From the NCBI RefSeq assembly GCF_006345805.1, contig NC_043004.1:105586001-105650000 (forward strand): a stretch of 64,000 nucleotides of DNA, read 5' to 3'. The notes under the pieces were generated by a model that saw nothing but the letters and a program-made list of their open reading frames with translations, made no database searches and had not been told where the DNA came from. The translations under genes were made by a program, and so were the position numbers. The DNA comes from Octopus sinensis (lineage: Eukaryota). The stretch's first letter is position 1, and the number at the start of each line of letters is the position of its first letter. Below, piece after piece: positions 39,034 to 52,453 of the stretch.

Positions 39034-40956
39034 ATCCCCAACCCCTGAATCAAATAACCACATCATTTTACTTCTAAAGAAATTGAATAGACTAGATAAA
39101 TAAAATAATAATAAATAAATAAATAATGAAATAAATAAATATATAATGCAATAATTTTAATAAAATATGAATTAAATATTACTAAAATTATAAAATAACA
39201 AATTATTTGAAAATAATGATAGAGGATAACTTAAAATTAAAACTATGTATAGTGTAATTACCTCCCTTGGTACTAATCACCTATTAATACCCATAGTTCC
39301 CTGCTATCTTCTTCCTCAAATCACCATTTTAGTAAGATATGTATTTGAATTTTTCTTGTTATATATCAAATTTAAACACAGACATTTTTCTTCTGATGTT
39401 TAATCTTATATCTCACATTCTGTATTTGACATATACTTCATTTTACATGATTGATATCTATACTAATTCATATTTATGATGTATAATTAAAAAAATTTAA
39501 TTCTTAATATTACAAAGTATAATTTTTATTCTTAATTTTTATTTTTATTCTTAATTTTTATTCTTAATTTCTAATTCGTAATTTTTAATTTTTAATGCTT
39601 AATTGTATTGCTTATTTTTAAAGGGATGTAAAATTAGATATATAATATTTTGAAATAGAACCTGAAGAAATACTGGAATAATTGTAAATCTGACGATTGC
39701 ATATATGTATTTATATATGTATATATATGGGTATACAGTCGTGTATATATATATATATATTGTAATCTTCCAATACTGAAACATGTTTTGTTCCTTCACA
39801 TTTAATAAATATAAGGTCCAACCCATGCTAGCATGGAAAATGGAAAACGGACGCGAAACGACGATGATGATGATGATAAGTATTAACTAAAGTATGATAT
39901 AATTGATAAAGTATATTATATACCCCAGCTGGAAATTTTGGTTATATCCTTTAAGTATTATTTCATGATGTGCAGACTGATACGATGAGTTTACTGTAAG
40001 ATATACTCATTAGGTTATTTTTGTATTATCTGAAAAAGAATAGCCGCATATCGATTAATACCCCAAAATTGAATACTGACATTTATCAGATACTTTGTAT
40101 ATTTATATATAAATATATGATAAATAAGACCCCAAAGTACGATATGTAGATGCATATAACGCTGTAGGGTTACACCTGATTGATTTGAAAATTTGTTTTC
40201 CCAAATTATTTATATATATATATATACATACATGCACACACATATGCACATACAGTGAAGTTTTGTAACACATAAATACATACATACAGACATACATGTA
40301 GCATGCTTTGCTCTCTCACTCAGTACATGTACACCTACACACACACACACACACGTGTGCATGCACAAGTATATAACAAGTACTCCATGGGTTATGACGA
40401 TGAATGTTCCAGTATGGTGCAAGTGGCTGAGCACTCCACAAACACATGTACCCCTAACATTGTTTTCAGGGAGATTCAGTGTGACACAGAATGTGCCAAG
40501 GCTGGTTCCCTTTGAATTTACAGGTACAACTCATTTTTGCCAACTGAGTGGACTGGAGCAATGTGAAATAAAGTGTCTTGCTCAATGGTACAATGTATCA
40601 TCGGAAATTGAACTCATGACCTTAGAATTGTGATCCAAATTCTCTAACCATGCAAATGTTTGTCTATATATGTAAGTGGATACGCAGACATGTCCACATT
40701 ATCCTTATCCCATTGATTCTGTACCAAAGATTATGCTAAGGGTACAAGGAATCTGTGAAATATTCAGCCACTTGTAGTAGATATAAGCCAACGTCTGAGA
40801 TAGTTCCATGATCAAAGCACTGGAATATTCCTCTGTTGAAAAATAAGACAAGATGCCATCAGCCACAATGGAATATGTGTGTAACATGTTTACTATTTTC
40901 ACTTGGTGAAGAATGTCTTTAGTTTTTTGCAGAATCTTCTCAGGTGTGTATAAGAA

Positions 40957-41009
<53 letters not shown>

Positions 41010-41546
41010 AGACAGGATGATGGAATATTGAAAGGAAGTAAAAATATAAATATATAAATGTTGTAATATTGGTTTAGATATTTCTATTAAAACTTTCGGT
41101 GGCGACAACAACAACAACAACAACAACAAAAACGACAATGCTAAAACAGAGATATAGTGAAAAGCAATAATAGTCAATTTTTTCTTTTTTTTTTCTGCAA
41201 AGTTATTGTCAACAACAACAACTATAACAACAGCAACAACGACAACAATAATAATGGTAGCAGTTGCAATAGCAATAATACCAACAAAAATATTTTTTTG
41301 CAAAGATTTTCACCAGCTTCTTATAAACAGCAAAAAAAAGAAAAATTTAAAAATTTGAGATATTGCTTTTCAATTGAAAATTTATGTGTTTGTTAATGTA
41401 TGTGTCTATGTGTGTGTACATTTGTGTGTGAGTGAGTGTGTGTGTATATATATATGTATGTATATGTCTCTGTGTGTGTATACATGTACATATATATGCA
41501 TATATGTATGTACATATATATGCATATATATATGCATATATATATA

Positions 41547-41588
<42 letters not shown>

Positions 41589-41792
41589 CGTATGTATATG
41601 CATGCATTTATACAAGTGTGTGTGTGTATGTAATATATCCTATACACATATATTATATATTAAATATATAAATATATATATATCATATGATACATTCCAA
41701 TATATATCCAATACCCTCACACATACATGCACATACATATAAACACTCACCCAATTATATACACATATAAAGATGCACACACACATACATAC

Positions 41793-41841
<49 letters not shown>

Positions 41842-43569
41842 CACATATATCTATAAAATACAAAATACATTTTATACATTTTGGAAATGTTGGTGGCAGA
41901 AAATATAAGGTGTGACAATAATTCCATTTAAGCGTCTAAGTGGAAGTTGTGCACTGATAAAGAAAATGAACCAGCTGCATGCAATTCTATGATGCATGTT
42001 GATGGGAGTTTTATGCACACACAGTTGTCACAGAAAGTTTTTCCATCAACTAAAAATCAAAAGCAATAGAGGATATATTTTGATCAAACTTAAATTCTTC
42101 AATCTGGGTGGAGAGAGGTTGGATAAAAAAAAAAAATGATTTTGAGTAAAAATCATTCAATTAAAAAAACAAAAAAACAAGTAATCTTGAAGTTATCTCT
42201 TTGACTTATATTGACTAGTAGAGTTGTAATGTTGCAATCGGGCAATACTGAATTTGTGTGGCTGAATAGGGATTCTTGTGCTCCTTTTTTTTTAATTTTA
42301 CATTTTTTTCTTTTTGTAAATATGCAACACAATGTGGAATTAAGAAGCAAACTCTATTTCACGACAATCAGAAACGTGGATTTAAGTGTATTTCTTAACA
42401 ATAAAACTCCTGTCTGTCTGTGTCTGTCTCTGTCTCTCTCTCTCTGTCTGTCTGTCTGTCTCTCTCTCTCTGAATGTATATATATGTGTTTGAGCATGTG
42501 TGTATATACATATGTATATAAATATACATATCATCATCATCATCATCGTAATCATTTAACATCCTCCTTCCATGCTTGGCATGAGTTAGATGGTTTGATA
42601 CGAACTGGCCAGGCTGGAGTCTGTGCCATGCTTCTGTGTCTGTTTTGGCATGGTTTTTACAGCTGGATGCCGGGGTTGGTGTTAGGAAGGGCATATATAT
42701 AAACACACAAACATGTGTGTGTGTGTGTATGCATGTATGTATATATATTTAAATTCGCTAGTTTGGTTATAACTGGTACTCCATCGGTTATGGTGATGAG
42801 TGTTCTAGTTGATCTGATGAACAGAATAGGCTGCTTGAGAAATTAACATGCAAGTAGCTAAGCACACCATGGACATGTATATCCTTCATGTAGTTCTCAG
42901 AGAGATTCAGCATGTCACAGAATGTGACAAAGCTGAGTGAACTGGAACAATGTGAAATAAAATGCCTTGCTTAAGGACACAAAACACTGCTAGGTATTGA
43001 ACTCATGACCATACTCTCAGGAGTTGAATACCCTAACCACTAAGCCACACATCTCCACATTTGTTTATACACACACACAGACACATAAACACACCCAAAC
43101 ATATATATACTTGTATCCATTGTGGAAGCATGTGGCTTGGCAATTAGTATGTTGAACTCATGATTGTAAGATTGTAGTTTCGATTCCTGAACTGGGCAAT
43201 ATGTTGTGTTCTTGAGCAAAACATTTAATTTCCCATTGTCTCAGTCCTCTCATCTGGCAAAAATGAGTAATCCTGCAATGGACTGGTGTCCCATCCAGGT
43301 AGTGAATTTATACACCATGAAACTGGGAAACTGGCCCTTATAATAATCATCTTTTCTACTATAGGCATAAAGCCTGAAATTTTTTGGGGAAGGGGCAAGT
43401 CGAATACATTGACTCCAGCATTCAACTAGTACTTAATTTATTGACTCTGAAAGGGTGAAAAGCAAAGTCGACCTTGGCAAAATTATATATAAGTGGCTGT
43501 TGAACACTGGAGTTGATGTAACTGGGTGATCTACCACCTCCAAAATTACTGACCGTGTGCCAAAGTTTG

Positions 43570-43927
43570 AAATTATTATTATATTTGTTTGGCTCAGGTT
43601 CAGCCTTATTCCTGGTAGAAATTATGTGGGTTGCAGGTTAACAGTCTTTCAAGTACTTAGAACCTTCCTGATAATCCTTGCTGTTCCTAAGAGACAAATT
43701 ATCTATAGGAGCTCTACTGGACATTCTGTTTCAATCTTCTTCAGCCATTTGTCTATATCTTTGCTAACTGTTCCCAACGCACCAATCATTAGAGGCACAA
43801 CCTTTATTGCTTGCATGTTCCAAATTCTTCTTATTTCAGATTTTAAGGTATTGTATTTTTTTTTATCTTCTTCCTCTTTCTTTACAATCCTGGAATCAAA
43901 CTGGCATGATGGGTCGATTAGTAAGCA
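43570..43927 (-). mobile_element. R4/Dong-like restriction-endonuclease LINE 3' fragment 1
   Basis: CLLIDPSCQFDSRIVKKEEE...KKYNTLKSEIRRIW...VVPLMIGALGTVSK...LL*IICLLGTARIIRKVLST*. Abuts (ATT)n at 43929-44015. Confidence 0.85.
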
Positions 43928-43989
<62 letters not shown>

Positions 43990-44015
43990 CATCATCATCA
44001 TTATTATTATTATTA

Positions 44016-44385
44016 TCCAATGAAAACCCACAGCTAATTTTGCTGGGTATGTTGGAAAGTGTCAGCTGTCCACAGCCAGCAGACTAAGTTGACACATATT
44101 TACTGGTCATGCTTCAAGAACCCTGCAAAAAAATTCTGGCAGTTCCAAGTAATGCTGATTTTTCTAGGTGTTCTACCTTCACACTTGCACCGATCTTTTT
44201 CAGCTATGTTAGTAATTGAGTGCTGATACTTCCAACTACACCAATTACTATTGGCATCATGTCTACTCTCTTCATTGACCACCAACCTTCGTATTTCCCA
44301 TTTTAAACCATCATAGTTGTTTATTTTTACTTCTTTCACATTGATGCTGTTGTCACCTGGGCATGCTATGTTGATAATCATACAT
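44016..44385 (-). mobile_element. R4/Dong-like LINE 3' fragment 2
   Basis: MIINIACPGDNSINVKEVKINNYDGLKWEIRRL / MPIVIGVVGSI...LEKSALLGTARI. Its 3' UTR runs into the (TAA)n tract. Confidence 0.8.
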
Positions 44386-44391
44386 GCTCTT

Positions 44392-44811
44392 CATTATTAT
44401 CATTGCCTTTGCACAACTTCTAACACTGCCAGTGAACTAAAGTAACACCTCTTATTATTCAAGCAGTTCCAAGCCGTGCTGTTTTCTGCAAGTGCTCCAC
44501 CCTATTTGTTCCCTGTACTTCTCAAGATTTTTACTCACTGTTCCCAGGGCTCCGACAATTATTGATACTACTACCACCTTTTTCATCGACCACAACTGCT
44601 TTACCTCCCAAGCTAACCTGTCATATCTCTCGACTTTTCTTTCTTCCTTATCGCATACCTTGTTGTCAGCTGGGCATGTTTTATCTATGATCCAGCATAG
44701 TTTGTTTTCTTTCTCAATTAAGACTATGTCTGGCTTCCTATTCTCTAACTCATCGTCACACTAAATCATAAAATCCCACAGGATCTTTGCATTATCATTT
44801 TCAATGATGCC
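44392..44811 (-). mobile_element. R4/Dong-like LINE 3' fragment 3
   Basis: ENDNAKILWDFMI*CDDELENRKPDIVLIEKENKLCWIIDKTCPADNKVCDKEERKVERY...IIVGALGTVSK...LQKTARLGTA. Abuts (ATT)n at 44812-44867. Confidence 0.85.
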
Positions 44812-44867
<56 letters not shown>

Positions 44868-45695
44868 TAAGATTGGTAGACAGCAAGATTTGTAAAGAGG
44901 CTGACAAAATGTTTTATGATACTTAGTTGCATCTCTTTAGATTCTGGTGAGGTCTAGAAAAAGTAAGTACCAGTCAAATATTGTACTGGGTTGGGGTGGG
45001 GGGTGGGGTTAGAATAGAATCAATTAAATCAGTTGATTGTACCTCCCCCCCCACAATATTTACTGCCTTGGGTCTATGATAGAAGTCATTATTGATCCTC
45101 TCATCTTCCTAATTATCCTCATCCTCATCATTGCCAATATCGTCATTATAGAACATCATCATTATGGAACATCTAGAATTCTTCTAAAACCTAAACTGCT
45201 ATCAGTCACAAAGATATTAACTCTAACACTGAAATGAAATGGTTTATTGCCATTTTCTGTTCAGTTAATATCACAGACATAAAACTTTAGCATTTCCAGG
45301 AATCTGCAAATATTCACTGTTACTTTTGTAACAACTTGGAATCAATTAGTTGCAAAAAAATGCTGCCGGGCACAATAAAAATAAGAGACTTTAGTTTTAC
45401 CAATGTACAGCACAGTATGAAATTTCTTAATAAACAAGTCTAGCGATATAGGTTTAATAGATGAAATTTCCTCTTTCATGGAAGAATTAAGCTCGATTGG
45501 ATTAGTTCAACTACACTGGAAGATTCCACTCTTCATTCCTATTATTGCAATAATTGAACAATTGATCAAAGTAACTATTGATTGAGGTTGGACAGCCATT
45601 TTATAGATGCACATACATATATATACATAAATGTATATATATATATATTTGCCTATTTACATTATATTTACTATATATATATACTAGCAGCATAG

Positions 45696-45711
45696 CCCGG
45701 CGTTGCCCGGG
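45696..45711 (-). terminator. Helitron 3' subterminal hairpin (rolling-circle termination signal)
   Basis: 5-bp GC stem CCCGG/CCGGG with a 6-nt loop, 8 nt upstream of the terminal CTAG. Confidence 0.85.
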
Positions 45712-45805
45712 TATGTAAGAGCCCCTAGTAGGCAACGACTAATCCCAATGTAGTCCTTTCCCTCCAGGGAACGAAGGTGCATGTGGACGTTGCAATGTCT
45801 TGTCT

Positions 45806-48800
45806 TCACTGGAATACTTCTGTATATACGATGTTCCTAGCTGTCCGTTTGGGCGAAAACATGAAAACATCATTACGCCTCCCAACGCGTGAACAGCCCA
45901 CGTAGAGTTGACCGTGGGCGAAGCACTGTTCGCCCAAATGTAACCCAGCGACTTGGCCTTGGGATTTATTGATGGACATTGCGAAGCAGAGTTTAACAGG
46001 AAACTGAGAACGCCTGAAGTGGATTGGTAGGTCAGTGCCCGACGGTTGAAGGTGCATCCGTGGAATGAAGACGTCCTCTCCCTTCCCACAACCGGTAAGT
46101 ATTGTGGCCGTTATTAAATGTGGTGCCAAATGTTTCACAACCAAACGTGTGCCGTTGCACTGTTTAGGTGGAACCAAATTCCTGATGAGCATAATGGGCG
46201 CACCGACTTTTAACTTCAGGATGTGTGGTGGCAGGCCTGGCGGTTCAAGTGAATTCAGGAATTCAACAGGATAATCGGCAAGCTGGGCGGGGTCTGCTGT
46301 CCTATCTATAGATTTGTAGACGTGGACATCACCAGGAATAGCTTCAAGTAGCTGGATATTGATGGAGTTGACGGTTTTTTTTTGGGTGCGAGAATAGCTC
46401 TGCCTGCCAGCCATTTTAGGTCGCGTAAATTGTTTTGTAGGTCGTGGAAGACAGCGTCCCGGAGGCTAGCAGGGGTGTCGACAATGGTGCAAAGTGAGTC
46501 CAATTGAACGTAGCCATCCGCATCAGACAGCATCCTATTTTCACCGAGCGATAAGAGGTCCCTGGAGAATGCAGCGGATCCGCTGTCACCAATTAACTGC
46601 GCGCGCATGTTAGTTTGGAGGTGCAAGGGCCGCACATGTGCCCAAAGAGCTGACGACTTAAGGCACGCGCGCACGGCATCGGCACGGGTTCCTTTTGAAA
46701 TAACAGGTAGAGTCTGCCTGAAGTCTCCTGAAAGAAGTAAAGTTAATCCTCCCATGGGGGCCGTAGAGTCTCTGATGTCTTGCAGGGACCTGTCCAGTGC
46801 CTCAAGGGCGCCTTTGTGTGCCATAGTGCACTCGTCCCATACGATGAGTTTGCATCTGCGCAGAATGTCGGCCTGTTCTGAGTTCTTGGCGATGTTGCAG
46901 ATAGGTGACTCGGACTTTGCCAGATCGAGCGGGAGTCTGAAGGCAGAGTGGGCGGTTCTGCCACCCGGAAGCAACGTGGCCGCGATACCAGAGGAAGCTA
47001 CAGCCAGGGCAATGTCCGTGTTGCGTCTGACCTCTGCCAGAATTAGTTTAGTGACGAAGGTTTTGCCAGTGCCGCCGGGTGCATCAAGGAAGAAAATCCC
47101 CCCACGTTGCTGTCTGACAGAGTCTACGATGGTGTTGTAGGCTATGCGCTGGTCTGGAAGCAGCCGTGGTTCATTATCTTGGACGTACTGGTGCAGTTCC
47201 TCAATGCAGTAGGAAGTTTCGCGTAACAATTCAGCAGACATAACATTGGCGTGTTCACGTGTGGGTGGTGGAAGGCCGTACTCTGTTAAAGCAGACCCAC
47301 CCATATCGATGACAGCGTCTTCGAGTTGAATGAGCGCAAAATTGTAAATGAAGTTGGTGAACGTGATCTGGCGGAAGGGCAGTGTTGCTGAGCCGTACGT
47401 AAGAAGTCGTGCGACATGTCATCCCTGTATTTCATCCAGAGACTTAGTGGATCACTAAGCTGACATTTTGGAAGAAGGATTGCGAAAAGATGTCGTAGGG
47501 CCGAATGCGTTTGCAGTAAAGCACCCTCTGCCATCGTGGCGTCCCACTGGGAGTCATCCTCTAGAAGGCCAAGTCTCATACATGCTTCCCTGAAGGTGTC
47601 GCACAGAACCCCATTGACGGTACGTATATTGGCGAAACCTGTTGGACCAGTGACCTCATGTAGAAGGAGACGGAGGTAGAAGCATTCTTGCTGGTTTGGC
47701 GGGATGTTGTAAACTCGACCCAGGCAGGAGTCAAACTTGACGCCTGGGAAGCTTTCGACGTTTTTGCGGATTTCCGTCGTCGACCCAGGTGTTTTTAGAC
47801 CACACGAAGTACGATGGGACCTGTGGGTACAAAAGCGTTCGAGCGAAGTCATCACGTTGGCATAATTTGAAGAAACCAGTCAACGTTGTGTCTTTAGGGC
47901 TGGTGGCTATCTGCACAGCACTTTGCTCTGTGAAGTAAATCCGCTGTCCATTTTCCAAGTGTACAGCAAGCTGCACCACAGCCGGGTGTCTCTGATGGAG
48001 CGGGAAGCCGTAAATGCGCCAAAACGCTTCGTTGCTGCTGAGGTACCGGCCAGCCAAGTAGTTGGACACTTCGTCGCGACTGGTGGTCCTCTGGATGCTG
48101 AACATGGCAGCATCGCTGCCTTTGTTGATATATTTGCAGACATATTGTATTGACCTGATGGAGCTGCAGAACTCAACGTTGACGTGGGCTTTGAATATCT
48201 TCGACAGGAGAGGACAGTAGGGGACAATGTAGCTGTTGTCCACTTGATGTCGCCCAACCGTAATCGTGCGGCCTCCATTGGCTGGACTCCTTCGTTGTAC
48301 AGCGGATACCCATCGCCGCCTGTTTGAGTCTCCAAGTGAACCGTTTAGGGAATCCCTTTGAGCAGGCTAATCCGTTTTTGTAGCATGGTGTGTTGGCGTA
48401 ATTTGGTCCACAGGGCCCGTGTACCATGGTAGTGCGGACAATTTCGTAGAGTCCGGGGTCCTCATCGGGGTCAGGAATCTCGGCGGAAATGAATTTGTCA
48501 ATGTCATTAGTCTCGATTTTATGAGTGAGCCAAATTAAGATGTGAGCATGTGGCAAGCCCCTCTTTTGCCACTCGACCGAAAACATGTGGCACCTGACAT
48601 GCCCGAAAATCTGACCCTTAACTATCAAATCCTTCATTTTGCCCAAATTCAGACGGAAAACCCTAGCAACGATGTCGTGTCGATGGGTGTGAGATTGACC
48701 CGGGAGGAGTTCGCGAGTGATTTCGTCGCAGCTGGGATTGCACGTGTAGGTGATAAAGAGGTCCGGCCGGCCGTAAATGCGCACGTAGGTCAAGGCGTCT

Positions 48801-50661
48801 TGGTCCTTTCACGCATATATCGCGGTCCTCCCGTGAAGGTGGAGGGTAGAATGCATGGCTTGCCGATGTTGCGAGGGTCATTTTCTTGTTGCAAACCGTC
48901 ACGGAGATGAATGTAGGAGTCGGAGCGAAGTTTGGTCTGATTAAGTTTAATGTATAGCAGCCTTTCCGATTCCATTTTTGCGGCCATGTCGACGGCGAAC
49001 TGGTTGAATAGCTGACGACAACGGGGCAATAAGTTGAACTCACCCTCCCTGACCATGAACCGGTATGAGTAGAACGCCCTGCAGGAAACCGTCTTTGATG
49101 CCGCAGTAGTTTGATTGGAGGGCTGCCGTAAAGGAATTCCGAAGTGGTAGCCGTCTTCCCCATAAGGAAAAGCAATGGATACTGAAGCGCGTCATAAGAT
49201 CTGTGAGTCTCGCTGATCCTGTGTAGGTTGTTACCACGGGAGGAGATGATTATGTCACGGCTGTTGTGTTGCTCTCCGTGTATGACTGCGGCAATTTCGT
49301 TGCACGCAGGTGCGTTGAAACGGCGTTCGTGCTCCCCGTGGGGTCGTTTATCAGCATCAATGACAACGGTGAAGTTTGGAGATGGAGCACTGTCCAAGGT
49401 ATATCTGAAGCTGCAGACGTAGCTGTTGATATCATGAAGCATGGTTTGGAGACGGAGAAGAACGTCTTTGCGGGGAACATAGCTTGTACCCGGTATTATT
49501 CCAAGGCGTGCATCAACCTGGTGGTTGTAGTCGGCAATGAAGTATATTTAGAGGAAAGAAGACTGCTGAATCTCGTCTGGCAGAAGTGACCCAATAAGAT
49601 GGTAGACCTGTCCCTGCACTTTGAAAGTAGGCATCCAGCCTTCTCTGGGAGGAATTTTGGCCCCGAAAGAGGTCATTTGGAATGAGCAGTTGTACTTTCG
49701 AATTATTTCATGGAATTGTGACGAATCGGGGGTTAAACCCGCCGCGAGATCCTTCAGTGGTTGAGGTGGTTCCCGTAGGGGTGGCAGGTCCACTTTGCCA
49801 CCAGAGCAGCACAAACCAGGTGGCTCTCCGGGCCATTTCTTGGCTTTGCAAAACTGGCATACAATTGTCATTGACCCTATCTTGATGTCGTCACGCAAGG
49901 AGAAGTTAATTGTGGCGTCGTAGTTGAATGCTAGTGACAACCAGAAAGCGGGGGCAGGGGTACGTACACCACGAATGATATCCCGACGTTTGTTGATACT
50001 CTCAAGTCGAGTGCACCGTGCCTCAGCAGATTCAGATGCACGTGCGACAGCGGTAGCAGTGGCATCCCTTGAAAGCCTTCAGCTCTCGCCTCAGCACCCT
50101 CTGAAGCCCTAGCAGAAGCAGTGTTAATGGCATGTCTGGATGTCCGAATAGTCCGTTGGTGTGGAGTTTCGGCAGATCGAGCCCTGGCTGTGTTTGCGGC
50201 GTTAGCAGCTTGGCGAGCTCTCCTCTGTTGAGGTGTTTCGGCAGCTTTGGCCATGGCTTTGTTTGCGGCGTCAGCATCTTGGCGAGTTCTCCTCTGCTGT
50301 GAGGTTTCGACAGATCGTGTCCTGGCGGTGCTAGTGGCGTTAGCCGCATTCCGAATGGCCCTTTGTTCGGGGTTCTCGCGAGCTCTGCGGATGGAAGCAC
50401 AGTAAGAAGCCCGCATGTTTTGGCTGGACTGTTGCTCTTTCGTCAACCTCGAGCGGAGGGAAGATCTGTACGCTGCGACCCTTGCAAGTCGGGTAGAACG
50501 GTCGCTAGTAGTTTCAGATGCCTGAGCAGCGGCATAACGGGAAGCTGTTTGCGAGAGGCGCAAGGCGGTTTCCTCGTGGGTCTCGCGTGCCCTTCTAGCC
50601 CTAGCAGCCGATGCCTTGGCCGTCCGAGGGCTGAGGAGGGTCCTTCTCTTCTTGGTGGCAT
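45806..50661 (-). pseudogene. Helitron Rep/Pif1-family helicase transposase, disrupted
   Basis: The likely start is MPP(K)KRR at 50661. Motifs: zinc finger CQFCKAKKW...CCSGGKV; HUH Rep motifs [26 protein letters not shown] and YVCKYINKG; helicase FLDAPGGTGKT, IVWDECTM, SGDFRQTLPV and QFPVKLCFAMSINKSQGQ. There is a nonsense TAA at 49548-49550 and several frameshifts. Confidence 0.95.
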
Positions 50662-52419
50662 TTTGGTGGATAGCAATGTGTTTGGCAAAGGTGTAATAAA
50701 AAGGAACACGTGGGGTAAGTATTTTGGTGGATAGCAATGTGTTTGGTAAAGGTGTAATAAAAAGGAGCTCGTGGGGTAAGTATCCGAAAATGTATAAAAA
50801 GTACAAAAACGGCCAAAAAGCTGGCAGCAATGTGAGTGACAACAACGAAAAAGTCAAAAGTGATCAAACTGAACAAACGAAAGGAAAAGTTTTTTTGATG
50901 CACACGACAAAAGTGGTTTATAATAAACCAAGAGTTTGCAAGTAGCGTCCGAGGACCGTTAGGGTACGTCAAAAATTGAAGGTAAAACGTTTGGGGTGGT
51001 AGTTATAAAGAAAGTTTAAACAAAAAAAGTATTCGAATAACTTGCGGCTGCAGCAGCTATTAGCAGAAGTGGCGGTGTTGGGGGTAAAGTCTCGAATGTA
51101 ATTTCTTCCTGGTAGGAATTAGTTGGATCGAATTATCGATAGCTAAAAAGGTCAAGTTGCGTCCCCTAGACAGTCTGGTTTGTGTTTAATACACAAATTT
51201 GTTTGCTATGTGTGCCACATATGATTAAATTAACCGATTTTTCCAATAATGTATCCTATTGGAATAAAAAGGGCTATATAGCTCCTTGGAGCAGACATGA
51301 TGCTCGTTGTGAAAAAAAAAAAGATTCCTGCCAATTTGTGAAAGATATTGTCGAAAATATGTCATCTTGAATTTGAACGCGATTTCCCAAAATGGCATGA
51401 TTTTATTGATTTTTTTCTGATGGTAAGGTATTGCATGGAAAACTAACGTCAGAATTGAGTTTCTTAGGGTAACATTAAGCTTCACCATGAGTTTGGTGAA
51501 AATCGATTGCAAGTTGTGAAAACTACCATAGATAATGCGTTGCATAAAAAAAGCTTAGATTCTCGAGTTGCGTCCCCTAGACAGTCTGTGGTTCATGTTT
51601 ATGATTCTCGACCCCATGTCGAATTTATCAATTTTTTTCAGAACTGGGGGAACTTTTCAAAATTTTCGCTGCGTTAGTTTTGAATTATGACATTGGGCTA
51701 TGTGTGTGTCAAGTTTCATCAGAATCGGTTGGAAGCCGTGGTCAGGGTGAGGGTACGAGAAAACAGACACACAGAAACACGCACAGACAAACTGCCGTTT
51801 ATATATAGAGAGATATATATATATATATATATATATTTATACACAAGCATACAAGCAAATACAAACACACACACATATATACACATACATAAACACATTT
51901 GTGTACATGAATAAATGCATATATATATACACATGTAGAATATATACAAAAACGAATGCACGTGTGTGTATGCGTGAGTGCGTTATTTGTTCGTTATCTA
52001 TAAGTAAGGAAAAAATGCACAGAAATAAAGCAGTTTCATTTTTATATTGCTGAGCAGTATATTACTGGTTGTGGCATATAAATGAGCTGAATGTTACTGA
52101 CAGTTATGTGCCAGTAAGCATATCTGATGCATTGTTAATACTGCTCAGTGCAATAGCTAATGCAAAACTGTTGGTAACATGCCATCCTGTTACATACCAC
52201 AATCAGGGACATACTGTTCAACATCATTTATGTGTGTGTGTGTGTGTGTGTCTATATATATATATATATACCGGAGTAAACACATAAATGTGAAACAAGG
52301 TGGAAAAAAGAGTACTCAAATACCAGTGGTAGAGTAATATGCTTTATTTAAAGCAGCAGAAAATTCAACAAAACCTGTTACTCTGAGTTTCCCATTGCTG
52401 TACATTGGAAAGTTTTTGC

Positions 52420-52453
<34 letters not shown>

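Larger units (their letters stand above)
45684..51813 (-). mobile_element. Full-length (terminus-to-terminus) Helitron DNA transposon, 6130 bp
   Basis: The minus strand starts TCTCTCTATATATAAACGG after an A (51814). It ends CCCGG-GCAACG-CCGGG-ctatgctg-CTAG before a T (45683), i.e. an A^T target. The Rep-helicase ORF is internal. Confidence 0.93.
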
